A DNA stretch of 64,000 nt from positions 74,028,001 through 74,092,000 of the forward strand of contig OX597826.1 in assembly GCA_951406725.2 (NCBI GenBank). The letters are read 5' to 3'. A program made the translations under genes and the position numbers. The DNA is from Octopus vulgaris. Its lineage: Eukaryota. This document shows, in pieces, positions 39,690 through 52,012 of the stretch. The notes under the pieces are model-generated. The model was not told the origin of the DNA and made no database searches. It was given only the letters and a program-made list of their open reading frames with translations. Numbering within the stretch: position 1 is the stretch's first letter; each line of letters opens with the position of its first letter.

Positions 39690-40262
39690 CCTTTTCATTG
39701 CCCTCAAACAAAGCTCCCCTGAGCTTAGTCCTATTCTTGCCAAACTCTTCAATCCAAGCTTCAAGATCACAACAAATGTATTTCTGAGAATCGCACTTGG
39801 CAAATGTACATCCTCAACAAAGTAAAGAATGTATCATAAAGACGACTTGCTTCAGCACCAGAAAATATCTCAGCTCTCACAACTATAAACCCTTTATGAG
39901 TCTTAAGTGTGGGCCCTACTCCCATATTTGGGACACTGCTAGTCACAGACATCCTACACTGAATGATTCATCACTGATCTTGCTCATCAACACAATCCAA
40001 CCTCTGACCCATAGAAGTAATATTACCTCTCTCTCTTTTTTTTTCGATCACTACAGCCATGGCCTAAGCTCATTGGAACTGGCTGATCTTGTTCCACTCA
40101 TCCACAAGCATTTTTGCATTCACCCTGTCTCCACCACTTTGTACTAATCCCTACGCCCAGTCCTTCCATCCCAGACGTTATCCCTCTGAAACTTCTTGTA
40201 CATGTTTTTACTGCGGTCACCAACTTGCGATTGTTCAACAGGAATATTAACTGGATTGGTCT
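39690..40262 (+). mobile_element. Decayed non-LTR retrotransposon RT/C-terminal fragments
   Basis: SPELSPILAKLFN...ANVHP and HRSNITSLSFFFDHYSHGLSSLELADLVP. Confidence 0.65.
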
Positions 40263-41349
40263 CCTACATATGGAAGGGCATGCAAAGGTTCAATGCACAC
40301 AGCTCTCCTTTCTCTGGGAAAAACCAAAATAAATAACAAAAGGCAGCTGATTTATTCACATTCCCAGTATGAAGTAAGAAATGTTTTTAATGGTGTTATC
40401 AATATTGTTTGCATGTTTTATTCATAGTGGCTTGGGTTGGACAAATCCACAATATGTAATATAACTACACTTAACGATCTTACATTTATCTAAATTGTGG
40501 CCTTGGATTCTTATTTCTTTATTGCCCACATGCGGGGATAAACAAGGACAGACAATAGGATTAAGTTGATTACATCGACCCCAGTGCGTAACTGGTACTT
40601 AATTTATCGACCCCGAAAGGATGAAAGGCAAAGTCGACCTTGGCGGAATTTGAACTCAGAACATAACAGCAGATGAAATACCACGAAATGCGGCCTTGGG
40701 TTCTGTCTTACTGTATGCCACCTTGGGCAAGTGTCTTCTGATTTAGCCCCAGGCCAACCAATGTCTTGTGAGTGGATTTGTAGATGGTAACTGAAAGAAT
40801 TCGGTTGTGTGTGTGTGTGTACCCTTGTCTTGACATCACACAATGGTTGTAAATGAGTATGACCCTCAAACAAACAGTGTCTGGAAAATTCACTGTAAAC
40901 ATTTTTGTTGTGGGAAAATTTGCCATAAAGATAGCACACAAGCAGACTGTAAACACGGTAACTCATTTTAAAGAAATTACCTTTCTTAAAAAGTTGATGA
41001 AGTTGCCATTTTAAGAAAACAGCCAATCTTTTATTTTTGCAATTCTTTTTTTTTTTACAGTGAATTTTCTTACTGCAAAAATGTTTGCAATGAAATTTCC
41101 TATAACCCAATTTAAACAATGTTATTTATTGCCATGAAAAACCATGTCTGACCATAGGGAATTATTATCAAGCTGGGAAACAGGTCAAGCATCTAACCAT
41201 AGAAAATCTGCCTTAAGAAATTTTATCTGATCCATGCAAGTGTGGAAAAGTTGACGTTAAAAAGATAACGATATATCTTTGTATATATATATATTTGCTG
41301 CAGCTTGGGCACATGTGTGTAATGCAAATGAATAAGGAAAAGTATACAA

Positions 41350-41532
41350 GGCGTAGGAGTGACTGTGTGGTAAGTAGCTTGCTTATGAACGACACAGTTC
41401 CGGGTTCAATCTCACTGCGTGCCACCTTACGCAAGTTTAAGATCTGTTTATTTGCAACTAAGACAAATAGTCTCGGGCCGACCATAGCCTTGTGAGTGGA
41501 TTTGGTAGACGGAAACTGAAAGAAGCCTGTCG

Positions 41533-41583
<51 letters not shown>

Positions 41584-41781
41584 GTCCCTCCAACATCATT
41601 TCACAACTGATGCTGGTGTGTTTACGTCCCCGTAACTTAGCGGTTCAGCAAAAGAGATTGATAGAATAAGTACTAGGCTTATAAAGAATAAGTCCTGCGG
41701 TCGATTTGCTAGACTAAAGGCAGTGCCCCAGCATGGCCACAGTCACATGACTGAAACAAGTAAAAGAGTAAAAGAGAGTAA
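41350..41781 (+). mobile_element. SINE-A with a short internal replacement
   Basis: Full-length homology except about 41436-41466. Confidence 0.9.
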
Positions 41782-42250
41782 GTGCACAATGTGTGTAGTG
41801 ATGATGATAATCCAACTATGACCTCTGGTTTGAGAGTCAGCTGAAGTTGGTTCTTCTGGTCATAAAGGCCAGAGAAAGTCAATCCTTCAGTGAATTGTAA
41901 CATTTAAGATGCAACCAAATCATGAAATAACATAGTTTATGACAAGACAAATTATTGGTGCAAGTAGGAGATGGAATATTGACCATGAAACATGTCTGGT
42001 TGCCAAATGTTTTCTATAAACATTGAACTTCACCTTCAACATTGAATAATCACCTCAAGTTCTTTGCAATTTAGACCGTTCTTGCAGATGCAGAACTTTT
42101 CCTACAGCTCTGTAACAGATTGTGTAATGAGAATTGGGCAACATAACCAACATATGAAGTTCTGTGGTAGATTTTTGATTTAGTTTTGTCCAAAGTTAAT
42201 CTGTTTAAAGATAAACTGAAAGATAGGAATATAGAAAAGAAAAAGAGATT

Positions 42251-42513
42251 GTTAGTTAGTTAGTTAATTTGGCTCAAAAGCGAAAAGCAAGGCCATGTAG
42301 GGGGGACATGGAGTTAAGTACAGGGTGGTGTTCATGTAAAGAGTTCAGGCCACTTGAGGTCAAGGGAGACTTTGAACAAAGCGGTCGTCGGCATCTTCAC
42401 CATCTCGTCTGGCAGCTTGTTCCATGGATCCGCAACCTGGACGGAGAAAGCTCCTCTCCTTCGATTGAGATGAAATCGTCGCAGGTAGAGCTTTTCGGAA
42501 TGACCCTGCAGCC
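42251..42513 (-). mobile_element. Second CR1-like LINE family, 3' end
   Basis: RLQGHSEKLYLRRFHLNRRRGAFSVQVADPWNKLPDEMV...FKVSLD*; (TAAC)n tail. Confidence 0.85.
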
Positions 42514-43276
42514 GATGCTTATATAAATAAATTGAAGCTTAAAACAATGTTGAAGATTTCAACTGAAAACAAGATTCTTCTTTATAATCACAAGGTTATA
42601 TAAGGCTTCATTCTTTTTGTCTTTATAAAAGAGTTGCCTGATGAAACCAGAAGAATAAAACTGAAGAAGAGATACTAAAGCCGGAGGAAATAACAAAAAC
42701 TAATTTATAGGTGAACATCTTTTATATGAATTTTTGAATTTATTACAGTCAAATTAAGATTTTTAAAAAATTAATGTTAAATATAAGTTTCAAATTTTGG
42801 CACAAGGCCAGCAATTTTGGGGTGGGGTGGTGTAGGGAGACACAAGGTAATTTGGTTGCATCAACCCAAGTGTTCAACTGGTACTTATTTTATCAATGTT
42901 AAATATTGATTGCTTATTAATTTTATAACAATTACAAAAGTAATTGACTGTTCATTTCTAAGTGATGGTCATGAAGGGAAACCCAGACTAAAATTACCTG
43001 ACTTCAAAACCAACCAAGACAACTCACCTGGTTATTTAATTATTTACACGGTTCAAGCATTCATGCTGGAATGCTACCACAGGTATTGTAAATAAATCAA
43101 AATTTACAAGAAATAGTCTCCACTAAATGAAAACTGAACATAATTTGAAAGATACTGGCAATGGTTCTCGTATGAAGAATGTAGTCTTCACAGCTCTTTC
43201 ATTATAGATGAATTCTGGATGAGATTCAGTGGTTAAAGTCTTTGTTGACATGACAAAACAATTTTTCATTCCCCTA

Positions 43277-43506
43277 TCAATTGGCAAAGTCCAGAAGAGA
43301 GAAATCGTCACACCCTCCTTCTGTGTCATTGGTAGAAAGTAAGACAGAGTCTTGCTCATTGCCGACGGACTGACTCAGGCCATCGATAAGCTGCTGGGCA
43401 GCTTCTGCTCCTCTGGACATAATTGCTGCTTCATCTTCACCACTGTCCATTATGTTCACATCTTTGTCTTCATCATCGGAACTGCTCAGTTCGCCAAAAA
43501 CTTGTT
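43277..43506 (-). CDS. TAF7: TAF7 last coding exon (acidic region, ends TGA TAG)
   Basis: cag|AA, phase 1 fits the previous exon. (E)QVFGELSSSDDEDKDVNIMDSGEDE...DFSLLDFAN*; the LSSS-DED acidic motif is typical of TAF7. The exon end is less certain than its start. Confidence 0.85.
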
Positions 43507-43742
43507 CTGAATAAAGATTAGACAAATAAACAGATCTTAAAATTGCAAACATGCCATGTTGGGAAAAAAAAAAAACATATTCGTATATTCAAAACTGAAA
43601 CTTCCAAATAAAATTGCATATAAAGAAACTAGTATCCTTGTGAAAACAGTAATTTGATTACATGAACTGCTTAACAGACAAAATATTGCGTTATTTTTCA
43701 TGAAATTCTGAATCTAAGGTGAGGATTAATGAAAGATTAATA

Positions 43743-44128
43743 GGTGCAGGATTGGCTGTGTGGTAAGCAACTTGCTTACCAACCACATGGTTCTGGGTTC
43801 AGTCCTACTGCGTTGCACCTCGGGCCGACTAAGGCCTTGTGAGTGGATTTGGTAGACGGAAACTGAAAGAAGATCGTTGTGTATATATATATATATGTAT
43901 GTATATGTGTGTGTGTGTGTGTGTGTATATGTTTTATGTGTCTGTGTTTATCCCCCCGTCCCAATATTGGTGTGTTTACGTCTCTGGTAACTTAGCAGTT
44001 CAGCAAAAGAGACCGATAGAATAAGTACTAGGCTTTCAAAGAATAAGTCCTGGGGTCCATTTGTTCGACTAAAGGTGGTGCTCCAGCATGACCGCAGTCA
44101 AATGACTGAAACAAGTAAAAGAATAAAA
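43743..44128 (+). mobile_element. SINE-A
   Basis: Homology with internal deletions. Confidence 0.88.
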
Positions 44129-44211
44129 GGGAATGAGATTTGTAATAATTATAGAAGGACGGACAAGTGTGTCCACATTTGCTTTGCTTGTTGGCATGTT
44201 GTTGATGATGA

Positions 44212-44678
44212 TTATAATAGTAATAATGAAATTATTGAATACAGTGCTCAGGTGCACCACAACTTGTCAGAGTATATGCAGCAATGTACAAATGTCTGGA
44301 AAGCGAACAATGCATGAGTTAGATACATGCTTGTGTGTGTATGGAGGGGAGAAAATCAGGTGCAGTGTTGGCGAATCTCAGAAAGCATGGAAGTTTTGAA
44401 GGATGCAGTGCTCCGACAACTAACAACTGATGCCGGCAGTTTGTTCCATGCTTCAGCAACTCTCAGCGTGAAAAAAATGTTTCCTGAAGTCATGGGAGCT
44501 ATGCTGTTTTCTGACTTTGTAAATATGTCCACGGGTGTTAGACAGGTGGAATTTGAAAAGGTGCTCAGAGTTATTGTTTGTACGATGGTTGATAATTTTA
44601 TGGGTGTCTGCCAAGTCAGCTGCCAGGCGTCGGAGTTTCAATGTGTCCATGCCCAGGGAAGTAAGGCGTTCAGGATAT
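44212..44678 (-). mobile_element. CR1-clade LINE 3' end
   Basis: MDTLKLRRLAADLADTHKIIN...TRGHIYKVRKQHS..FRKHFF..RVAEAWNKLP; (ATT)n-like tail. Confidence 0.88.
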
Positions 44679-44862
44679 GATGATGATTAATAAAATAAAT
44701 TAGGTTAGAAAATAACTACTTAGACATATGTTTGTATAAGTTCATCTGAGTCAAGTATTCCCCCGATGGTATGAAAGTTAAGAAGAAAGCTTTAACAATG
44801 GAAAGTGTCAGTGTCCCTAGAGTTAGTAGACTGGCATACTTGTAACCTGGCCATAGCTTTAA

Positions 44863-45525
44863 TGCTTTAGCATTGAAACTGGCCATATCCAGCCAAAATA
44901 TTCTGCCTCTTTTAAGTTCAGCCTGGCCAGATTCAACATCTCGTACACACTCTAGAATGTCATAGTAAAAATAAACAATCAAAATCAAATGGAAACGGTT
45001 GTTGTGGCCGATGCCAGGTATTGCCTGACTGGTACCCATGCTGGTGGCATGCAATAAGCACCACTCATGCGTGGGTCATTGCCAGTGCTGCCTGACTGGC
45101 TTCCTGTGATGGTGGCACGTAAAAAGCACCATCAGAATGTGGTCGATGCCATCCCCATTGCTCCGAATCGCTCTTGTGCCGGTGGCACATAAAAAGCACC
45201 ATCTGAATGTGGCCGATGCCAGTGCCGCCTGACTGGCTCCCATGCCGGTGGAATGTAAAAAGCACCCACTACATTCTCAGAGTGGTTGGCGTTAACAAGG
45301 GCATCCAGCTGTAGAAACACTGCCAGATCAGATTGGAGCCTGGTGCAGCTTTCTGGCTTCCCAGACCCCAGTCAAACCGTCCAACTCATGCCAGCATGGA
45401 AAACGGATGTTAAACGATGATGATGATGATGATGTCACTGAAATATTGAAGCAACAAGATAATGCATGATTAATTCAAGACAATGTGAACAAAAACACAG
45501 AGCAATCTGAATACTAAAGGGTTAA
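44863..45525 (-). mobile_element. TTAA MITE family 2 split by SINE-C (44980-45433)
   Basis: MITE halves flank a (GAT)n-tailed SINE. Confidence 0.75.
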
Positions 45526-47987
45526 ACTGTATCTAGTATTCGGGCCCTGATTCAGGGTTTCCAGGGTATTGAGGAGCGTGGAACCATCTCTTAGCCACTC
45601 TTGTTCTGGTTTGGGGTTAGGGCTACTACTTTATCCTGTTCCAGATACAACAGATGCAATTTCAAAGGCAGTAGGAACTTCATCATCATCAAGATCATAA
45701 TTACTGATTGAGTAACATTTAAGAGAAAGTCAGGTGAAGTGGTGAGTTGTAGAGAAAGGGTAGGTCAAGGTGAAATCTAACAGATAATGATGATGTCAGG
45801 AAGTAATAAAAAGTATTTTTTTATGGACAGCCATCCGACTTACACCAGTGTATTATGGAACAGATAATACATCAACATAAGGGGAACAATACTGTCAGTC
45901 TCAGAGCATCAGTGTTTTTATTGAGTGCAGATGGATGAACGATGAAGTCCACAGTCAGGATTTAAACTCACAATGTAAAAGATTGTTACAAAATATTGGT
46001 TTCAAATTTTGGCACAAGGCCAGGAATTCCAGGCAAGGGGGTAAGTCGATTACATTGACCCCAGTGCTCAACTGGTACTTATTTTATTGACCCCGAAAGG
46101 ATGAAAGGCAAAGTTGACCTTGGTGGAATTTGAACTCAGAATGCAAAGGTAGACGAAATGCCACTAAGCCTTTTGCCTGGCATGCTAATGATTCTGCCAG
46201 CTCACCACCTTAGATTGAAAAATTGACCCCGATGGGGTTTGAACCCATGGTGAAAAGTGCCAGAATGAATACTATGCAGTGTACTTGCAGAAGCTCTGAT
46301 GATTCTGTTAGTTCTAAGTAAATATTGGCTTTGAATTTTAGCACAAGGCCAGAAATTTTGGGGACAGGGCTAAGTCGATTATAACAGGTACTTATTATAT
46401 CAACCCCTGAAAGGGATAAAAGGCAAACCTGACCTCAATGGAACTTGAACTCAGATCGTAAAGTCAGAAGAAATGCTGCTAAGCATTTTTTCAAGCATGG
46501 TCATCATCATCATCATCATCATCGTTTAACGTCCGCTTTCCATGCTAGCATGGGTTGGACGGTTCAACTGAGGTCTGGGAAGCCCGAAGGCTGCACCAGG
46601 CCAGTCAGATCTGGCGGTGTTTCTACAGCTGGATGCCCTTCCTAACGCCAACCACTCCGTGTGTGTAGTGGGTGCTTTTTATGTGCTACCGACACAGGTG
46701 TCAGACGAGGCTGGCGAACGGCCATGATCGGATGGTGTTTTTTATGTGCCACCGGCACGGAGGCCAGGCGAGGCTGGCACGGCCACGATCGGATGGTGTT
46801 TGTTACGTGCCACCAGCACGGAGGCCAGTGACAATTCTAACAGCTCACTGCCTTGTTGCAACTAAATATTAAAAGGCATTTTGTTCAGCATTACACTGAT
46901 TCTGGCACCAACATCCTTAATGGTAATGAAAGTGCTTTGTACTGCTATTAAACACACACAAATACAAAAGAGCATCTTCTCATATCAATCTGCTCATCAA
47001 ATGCCATTCTTTCATAAACTTCAATTTTCATCGTCATCATCATGATCATCGTTTAACACCCGCTTTCCATGCTAGCATGGGTTGGACGGTTTGACTGAGG
47101 ACTAGCAAGTCAGGAGGCTGCACCAGGCTCCAGCCTGATCTGGCAATGTTTCTACAGCTGGATGCTCTTCCTAATGCTAACCACTCCGAGAATGTAGCGG
47201 GTGCTTTTTATGTGGCCGATGCCAGTGCCGCCTGACTGGCTCCCATGCCGGTGGAATGTAAAAAGCACCCACTACATTCTCAGAGTGGTTGGTGTTAGGA
47301 TGGGCATCCAGCTGTAAAAACTTTGCCATATTAGATTGGAGCCTGGTGCAGCTTTCTGGCTTCCCAGACCCCAGTCAAACTGTCCAACTCATTCCAGCAT
47401 GGAAAACGGATGTTAAACGATGAAGATGATGATGACGTCACTGAAATATTGAAGCAACAAGATAATGCATGATTAATTCAAGACAATGTGAACAAAAACA
47501 CAGAGTAATCTGAATGCTAAAGGGTTAAACTGTATCTGGTATTCGGGCCCTGATTCAGGTGGTACTGGCATTGGCCACGATAACGATTTCACTTGATCAA
47601 CAGGTCTTCTCAAGCCTAGTTTCATATCATCAAATAATACAAAGTAACTGAGAGGCAGAGGAGGAGGATGCTGACGGCTTTGCAGCAGTGGTTAGTTCCA
47701 TTCCTCTTCACCACGAGTTCAAATCTTTATGGTATTGATTGAACCTTCTAAGCTTTTGTGATCAATAAAATAAGTTCTAGTGGTTTACTACGGTCAGAGA
47801 TGTGTGATAAGGGTGTGAATAATCTTTTAATTGTTTCAGTCGTTAGACTACGACCATGTTGGGGCACTGCCTTGAAGTATTTTAGTCGAATGAATTGACC
47901 CTAGTACATTTCTTTTAAGCTTGGTATTTATTCTATCAGTTCCTTTTGCCAAACTGCTAAGTTACAAGGACAGAAACACACTGACAC

Positions 47988-48540
47988 CGGCGGTGAGTGG
48001 CAGAGCTGTTAGTATGCCAGGCGAAATGCTTAGGGGTTTTTTGTCTGCTGTTACGTTCTGAGTTCAAATTCCGCCGAGGTTGTCTTTGCCTTTCAAATTA
48101 AGTACCAGTTACGCACTGGGGTCAATGTAATTGACTTAATCCCTTTGTTTGTCCCCTCTGTGTTTAGCCCCTTGTGGGTAGTAAAGAAATAGGTATTTCA
48201 TCTGCCGTTACGTTTTGAGTTCAAATTCTGCTGAGGTCGTCTTTGCCTTTCATCATTTCAGGGTCGATAAATTAAGTACCAGTTACACACTGGGGTCAAT
48301 GTAATTGACTTAATCCCTTTGTTTGTGCCCTCTGTGTTTAGCCCCTTGTGGGTAGTAAAGAAATAGGTATTTCATCTGCCGTTACGTTTTGAGTTCAAAT
48401 TCTGCTGAGGTCGACTTTGCCTTTCATCCTTTCGGGGTCGATTAAATAAGTACCAGTTATGTACTGAGGTCAATGTAATTGACTTAATCCCTTTGTCTGT
48501 CCTTGTTTGTCCCCCCTGTGTTTAGCTGCTTGTGGGTACT
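47988..48540 (+). mobile_element. Head-to-tail SINE-B trimer
   Basis: Three ~170-bp units joined via GTAAAGAAATAGGTATTTCATC. Confidence 0.88.
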
Positions 48541-48659
48541 GACACTGATTTCAAGTGGTGGTGGGGGACAAATACAGACATAAAGATACACACACACACA
48601 CACCTTTGAAAAAAGAAAGCACCTAGAACATTCTGTACAGAAACTATGTCAGTGTATAC

Positions 48660-48877
48660 CAGTGTTTTCAAACTTTTTGCTGGAGCGGAACCCCAAGGAA
48701 ACCTTCTACTGGCTCGAGGAACCCCTGTGCAATAATTCAATAGTCTTATGCACACATATCTGCACAGGAGAATTAAAAATTACTGCTGATTTTAGCAGTT
48801 TTGTAACTTCTTGCTGAACCCCTGAACTGTACTGGCAGAACCCTAAGGTCCCGCGGAACCCTGGTTGAAAACCACTG
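48660..48877. mobile_element. hAT-type MITE, longer copy of 28836-29014
   Basis: Same TIR and body; TSD GTGTATAC/ATGTATAC. Confidence 0.9.
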
Positions 48878-49483
48878 ATGTATACAATGGAGCTGAGTGC
48901 AATCTCCAGCTTGTCGGACCCTGATGAACCATCCAACCCATGCCAGCATGAAAAACAGACAGCAAACGATGAAGTTCAAACCCCCTGCCTGGCACCATAA
49001 GACAACAAAAGCTTTGTGAGTTAAGTTTAGTTGATGGCTAAATATTAACACTTGGCCTTTTAGTGTACCCTCTATACCAAGCCTCTGATCCAAACCCCTG
49101 ACCTGAGGATAACTTCCTCCCACCAAGCTCAGAGCCCTTCAAAAAGATTACAGATGCTACCTTTTCTCTGCTGACTAAGTCTATCAAAAGAACCTCATAA
49201 ATTTCCCAGGTAGGGGCCTTATCTATCAACCATTATTTGAATCTGAAGTTTTCTGTCAGACTGCTTCACAGTAACATGAAGAAGGAGCAACAACTCTTGA
49301 AATATGCATATACACCCAATATCAATTCTTTTAGCTGCAATCACATTGTTTACATGGTATATGAAATACTGTAACTTTTAGAGCTGGCTCTAATTTCTAG
49401 AGAATATCTGTAGAGATAACTTTAGAAAGTGAATTAATAGAACTGTTAACACAGGTGGGCATAGCATTGGCTTGTAAGTCTTT

Positions 49484-49962
49484 CACCCTTTCGTTACCAT
49501 ATTTCTGTTGAGATGCTCTGTGTTTCTTCCAATTACTTTAAATATAACAAAGAATTTCTTAAAATAACTTCATTATCATTAAGCTAGTGTTAGGAACATA
49601 AATTGTGACTAAGGTTTGGTGGAAGATTTTAATTCAGAACTTATGAAAACAAGACATTTGTACCAAAGAGCCAGAGGCAGTTTCAGGTGGGTTGGTATCG
49701 AAATGGTTAAGAATGGTTTCTCTATTATATATTTTAACCCTTTTGTTACCATATTTCTGTTGAGATGCTGTGTTTCTCTTTCAATTACTTTAAATATAAC
49801 AAAGAATTTAGTAAAATAACTTAGTTATCATTAAGCTAGTGTTAGGAACATAAATTGTGACTAAGGTTTGGTGGAAGATTTTAATTCAGAACTTTTGAAA
49901 ACAAGACATTTGCACCAAAGAGCCGGAGGCAGTTTCAGCCAGGTTGGTATCGAAATGGTTAA
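49484..49962 (+). mobile_element. Two tandem TTAA MITE family 1 copies
   Basis: Units about 49484-49710 and 49734-49962 share private variants (CCATATTTCTGTTGAG, ACCAAAGAGCC, AATGGTTAA). Confidence 0.88.
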
Positions 49963-50111
49963 TATACTTTGTGGTATATTAGGAAATACATCCTCCCACC
50001 CCCGCCCCAGCAATTAATAGTAATATATGATGGCAAAATTTCAACCTATATTTTAGTATTAGAAAATGACTATTTGTAAATCTCACAAGAGATATTCAGG
50101 AACAGTACTTT

Positions 50112-50816
50112 GGAGTAAAGATTGTTTGCCAACATAACATGGCAGTCCTGGTTTAGGACGAATGTTGCTGTAATTTAGCCCCAGGAGACATCGTCTCCAG
50201 CTGGCTATATGACACAATCTGTGTCCTTATAATTTCCAACTAGGGAATCTAGCACCCCCACTCAGCACAAAATAATATCTGTGTATCGTGATTTCCGGGT
50301 TATTTCCCTTCATCAGCCGGCTGGAGACGATGTCTCCTGGGGCTAAATTACAGCAACATTCGTCCTAAACCAGGACTGCCATGTTATACTCTTTACTCTC
50401 TTTTACTTGTTTCAGTCATTTGACTGCGGCCATGCTGGAGCACCGCCTTTAATCGAGCAACTCGACCCCGGGACTTATTCTTTTGTAAGCTCAGTACTCA
50501 TTCTATCGGTCTCTTTTGCCGAACCGCTAAGTAACGGGGACATAAACACACCAGCATCGGTTGTCAAGCAATGCTAGGGGGACAAACACAGACACACAAA
50601 CAACACACACACACACATATATATATATATACATATATACGACGGGCTTCTTTCAGTTTCCGTCTACCAAATCCACTCACAAGGCTTTGGTCAGCCTGAG
50701 GCTATAGTAGAAGACACTTGCCCAAGAAGCCACGCAGTGGGACTGAACCCGGAACCATGTAGTTGGTAAGCAAGCTACTTACCACACAGCCACTCCTAGC
50801 AAATAATCTTTACTCC
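50112..50816. mobile_element. Foldback element with ~95-bp inverted arms; right arm split by SINE-A
   Basis: 50112-50206 is the near-perfect reverse complement of 50315-50387 plus 50798-50816. Confidence 0.9.
50388..50797 (-). mobile_element. SINE-A inserted in the arm of a foldback element
   Basis: Reverse full-length copy. Confidence 0.9.
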
Positions 50817-51591
50817 TATATTTTAGTAGTATAAATATATTCCAAGCTTTAGAGATGTCTCCTGTACTTCTTTCTGTGCATTCATGATCTACTTCTGTCC
50901 CTTTTTACTATGCACAAGGTACCACTTTTTAGTCCTTCCTTGACTTTTCTTGATACTGTGCCATCTCTATGCAAACTCCTCCTCTACAAGAACAAGAACC
51001 TCAAAAACATTCTTCCATAGGAATACCACAATTTTGTCTCTCTGTTTGACACAAAGACAATTGTCATGCTTAACAAAGAAATAGTATGGCAGAAAACCTT
51101 TTTTCAAAACCCTCACGGTAACTTCAAAGATTGTGCCTTACAATTTCTGGTAATCTTCCACATATATGATATTGTCAAAACGTGCTGGTGGCACATAACA
51201 AACACCATCCGATCGTGGCCGTGCCAGCCTCGCCTGGCCTCCGTGCCGGTGGCACGTAAAAAACACCATCCGAGCATGGCCGTTCGCCAACCTCGTCTGG
51301 CACCTGTGTTGGTGGCACATAAAAAGCACCCACTACACACACGGAGTGGTTGGCGTTAGGAAGGGCATCCAGCTGTAGAAACACTGCCAGATCAGACTGG
51401 AGCTTGGTGCAGCCTTTGGGCTTCCCAGACCCCAGTTGAACCGTCCAACCCATGCTAGCATGGAGAATGGACGTTAAACGATGATGATGATGATGAAAAC
51501 ATCCCAAAGACTACACTTCATTATGAAAGCTAGCAAATATTTCGAGTCTGATCAGGTTTTGACCTATTGTAAGTAAAGTATTGTAAGTAAA

Positions 51592-51756
51592 GGCGCAGAA
51601 GTGGCTGTGTGGTAAGTAGCTTGCTAACCAACCACATGGTTCCGGGTTCAATCCCACTGCGTGACATCTTGGGCAAGTGTCTTCTGCTATAGCCCCGGGC
51701 CGACCAATGCCTTGTGAGTGGATTTGGTAGACGGAAACTGAAAGAAGCCTGTCGTA

Positions 51757-51796
<40 letters not shown>

Positions 51797-52012
51797 GTGT
51801 GTTTGTGTGTCTGTGTTTGTCCCCCTAGCATTGCTTGACAACCGATGCTGGTGTGTTTATGTCCCCGTTACTTAGCGGTTCGGCAAAAGAAACCGATGAA
51901 TAAGTACTGGGCTTACAAAGAATAAGTCCCGGAGTCGAGTTGCTCGATTAAAGGCGGTGCTCCAGCATGGCCGCAGTCAAATGACTGAAACAAGTAAAAG
52001 AAAGTAAAGAGT
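51592..52012 (+). mobile_element. SINE-A, young subfamily
   Basis: Diagnostics GCTAACCAACC and CTGCTATAGCCCCGGGCCGACCAATGCC. Confidence 0.9.

Noticed and set aside
42638-42700. CTGATGA hammerhead box (also at 6133, 12065 and 48921)
   Set aside because: No stem II, GAAA and cleavage-site geometry; here it is better explained as a minus-strand splice acceptor.
42963-43082. Plus-strand 120-nt open exon-like segment antisense to the TAF7 3' region
   Set aside because: Weak acceptor (AAG), no homology and no partner exons found.
46220-46320. tRNA-like 3' end GGTTCAAACCCCATCGGGGTCA plus T-run on the minus strand
   Set aside because: No acceptor, D or anticodon arms; the upstream sequence matches a decayed SINE head.
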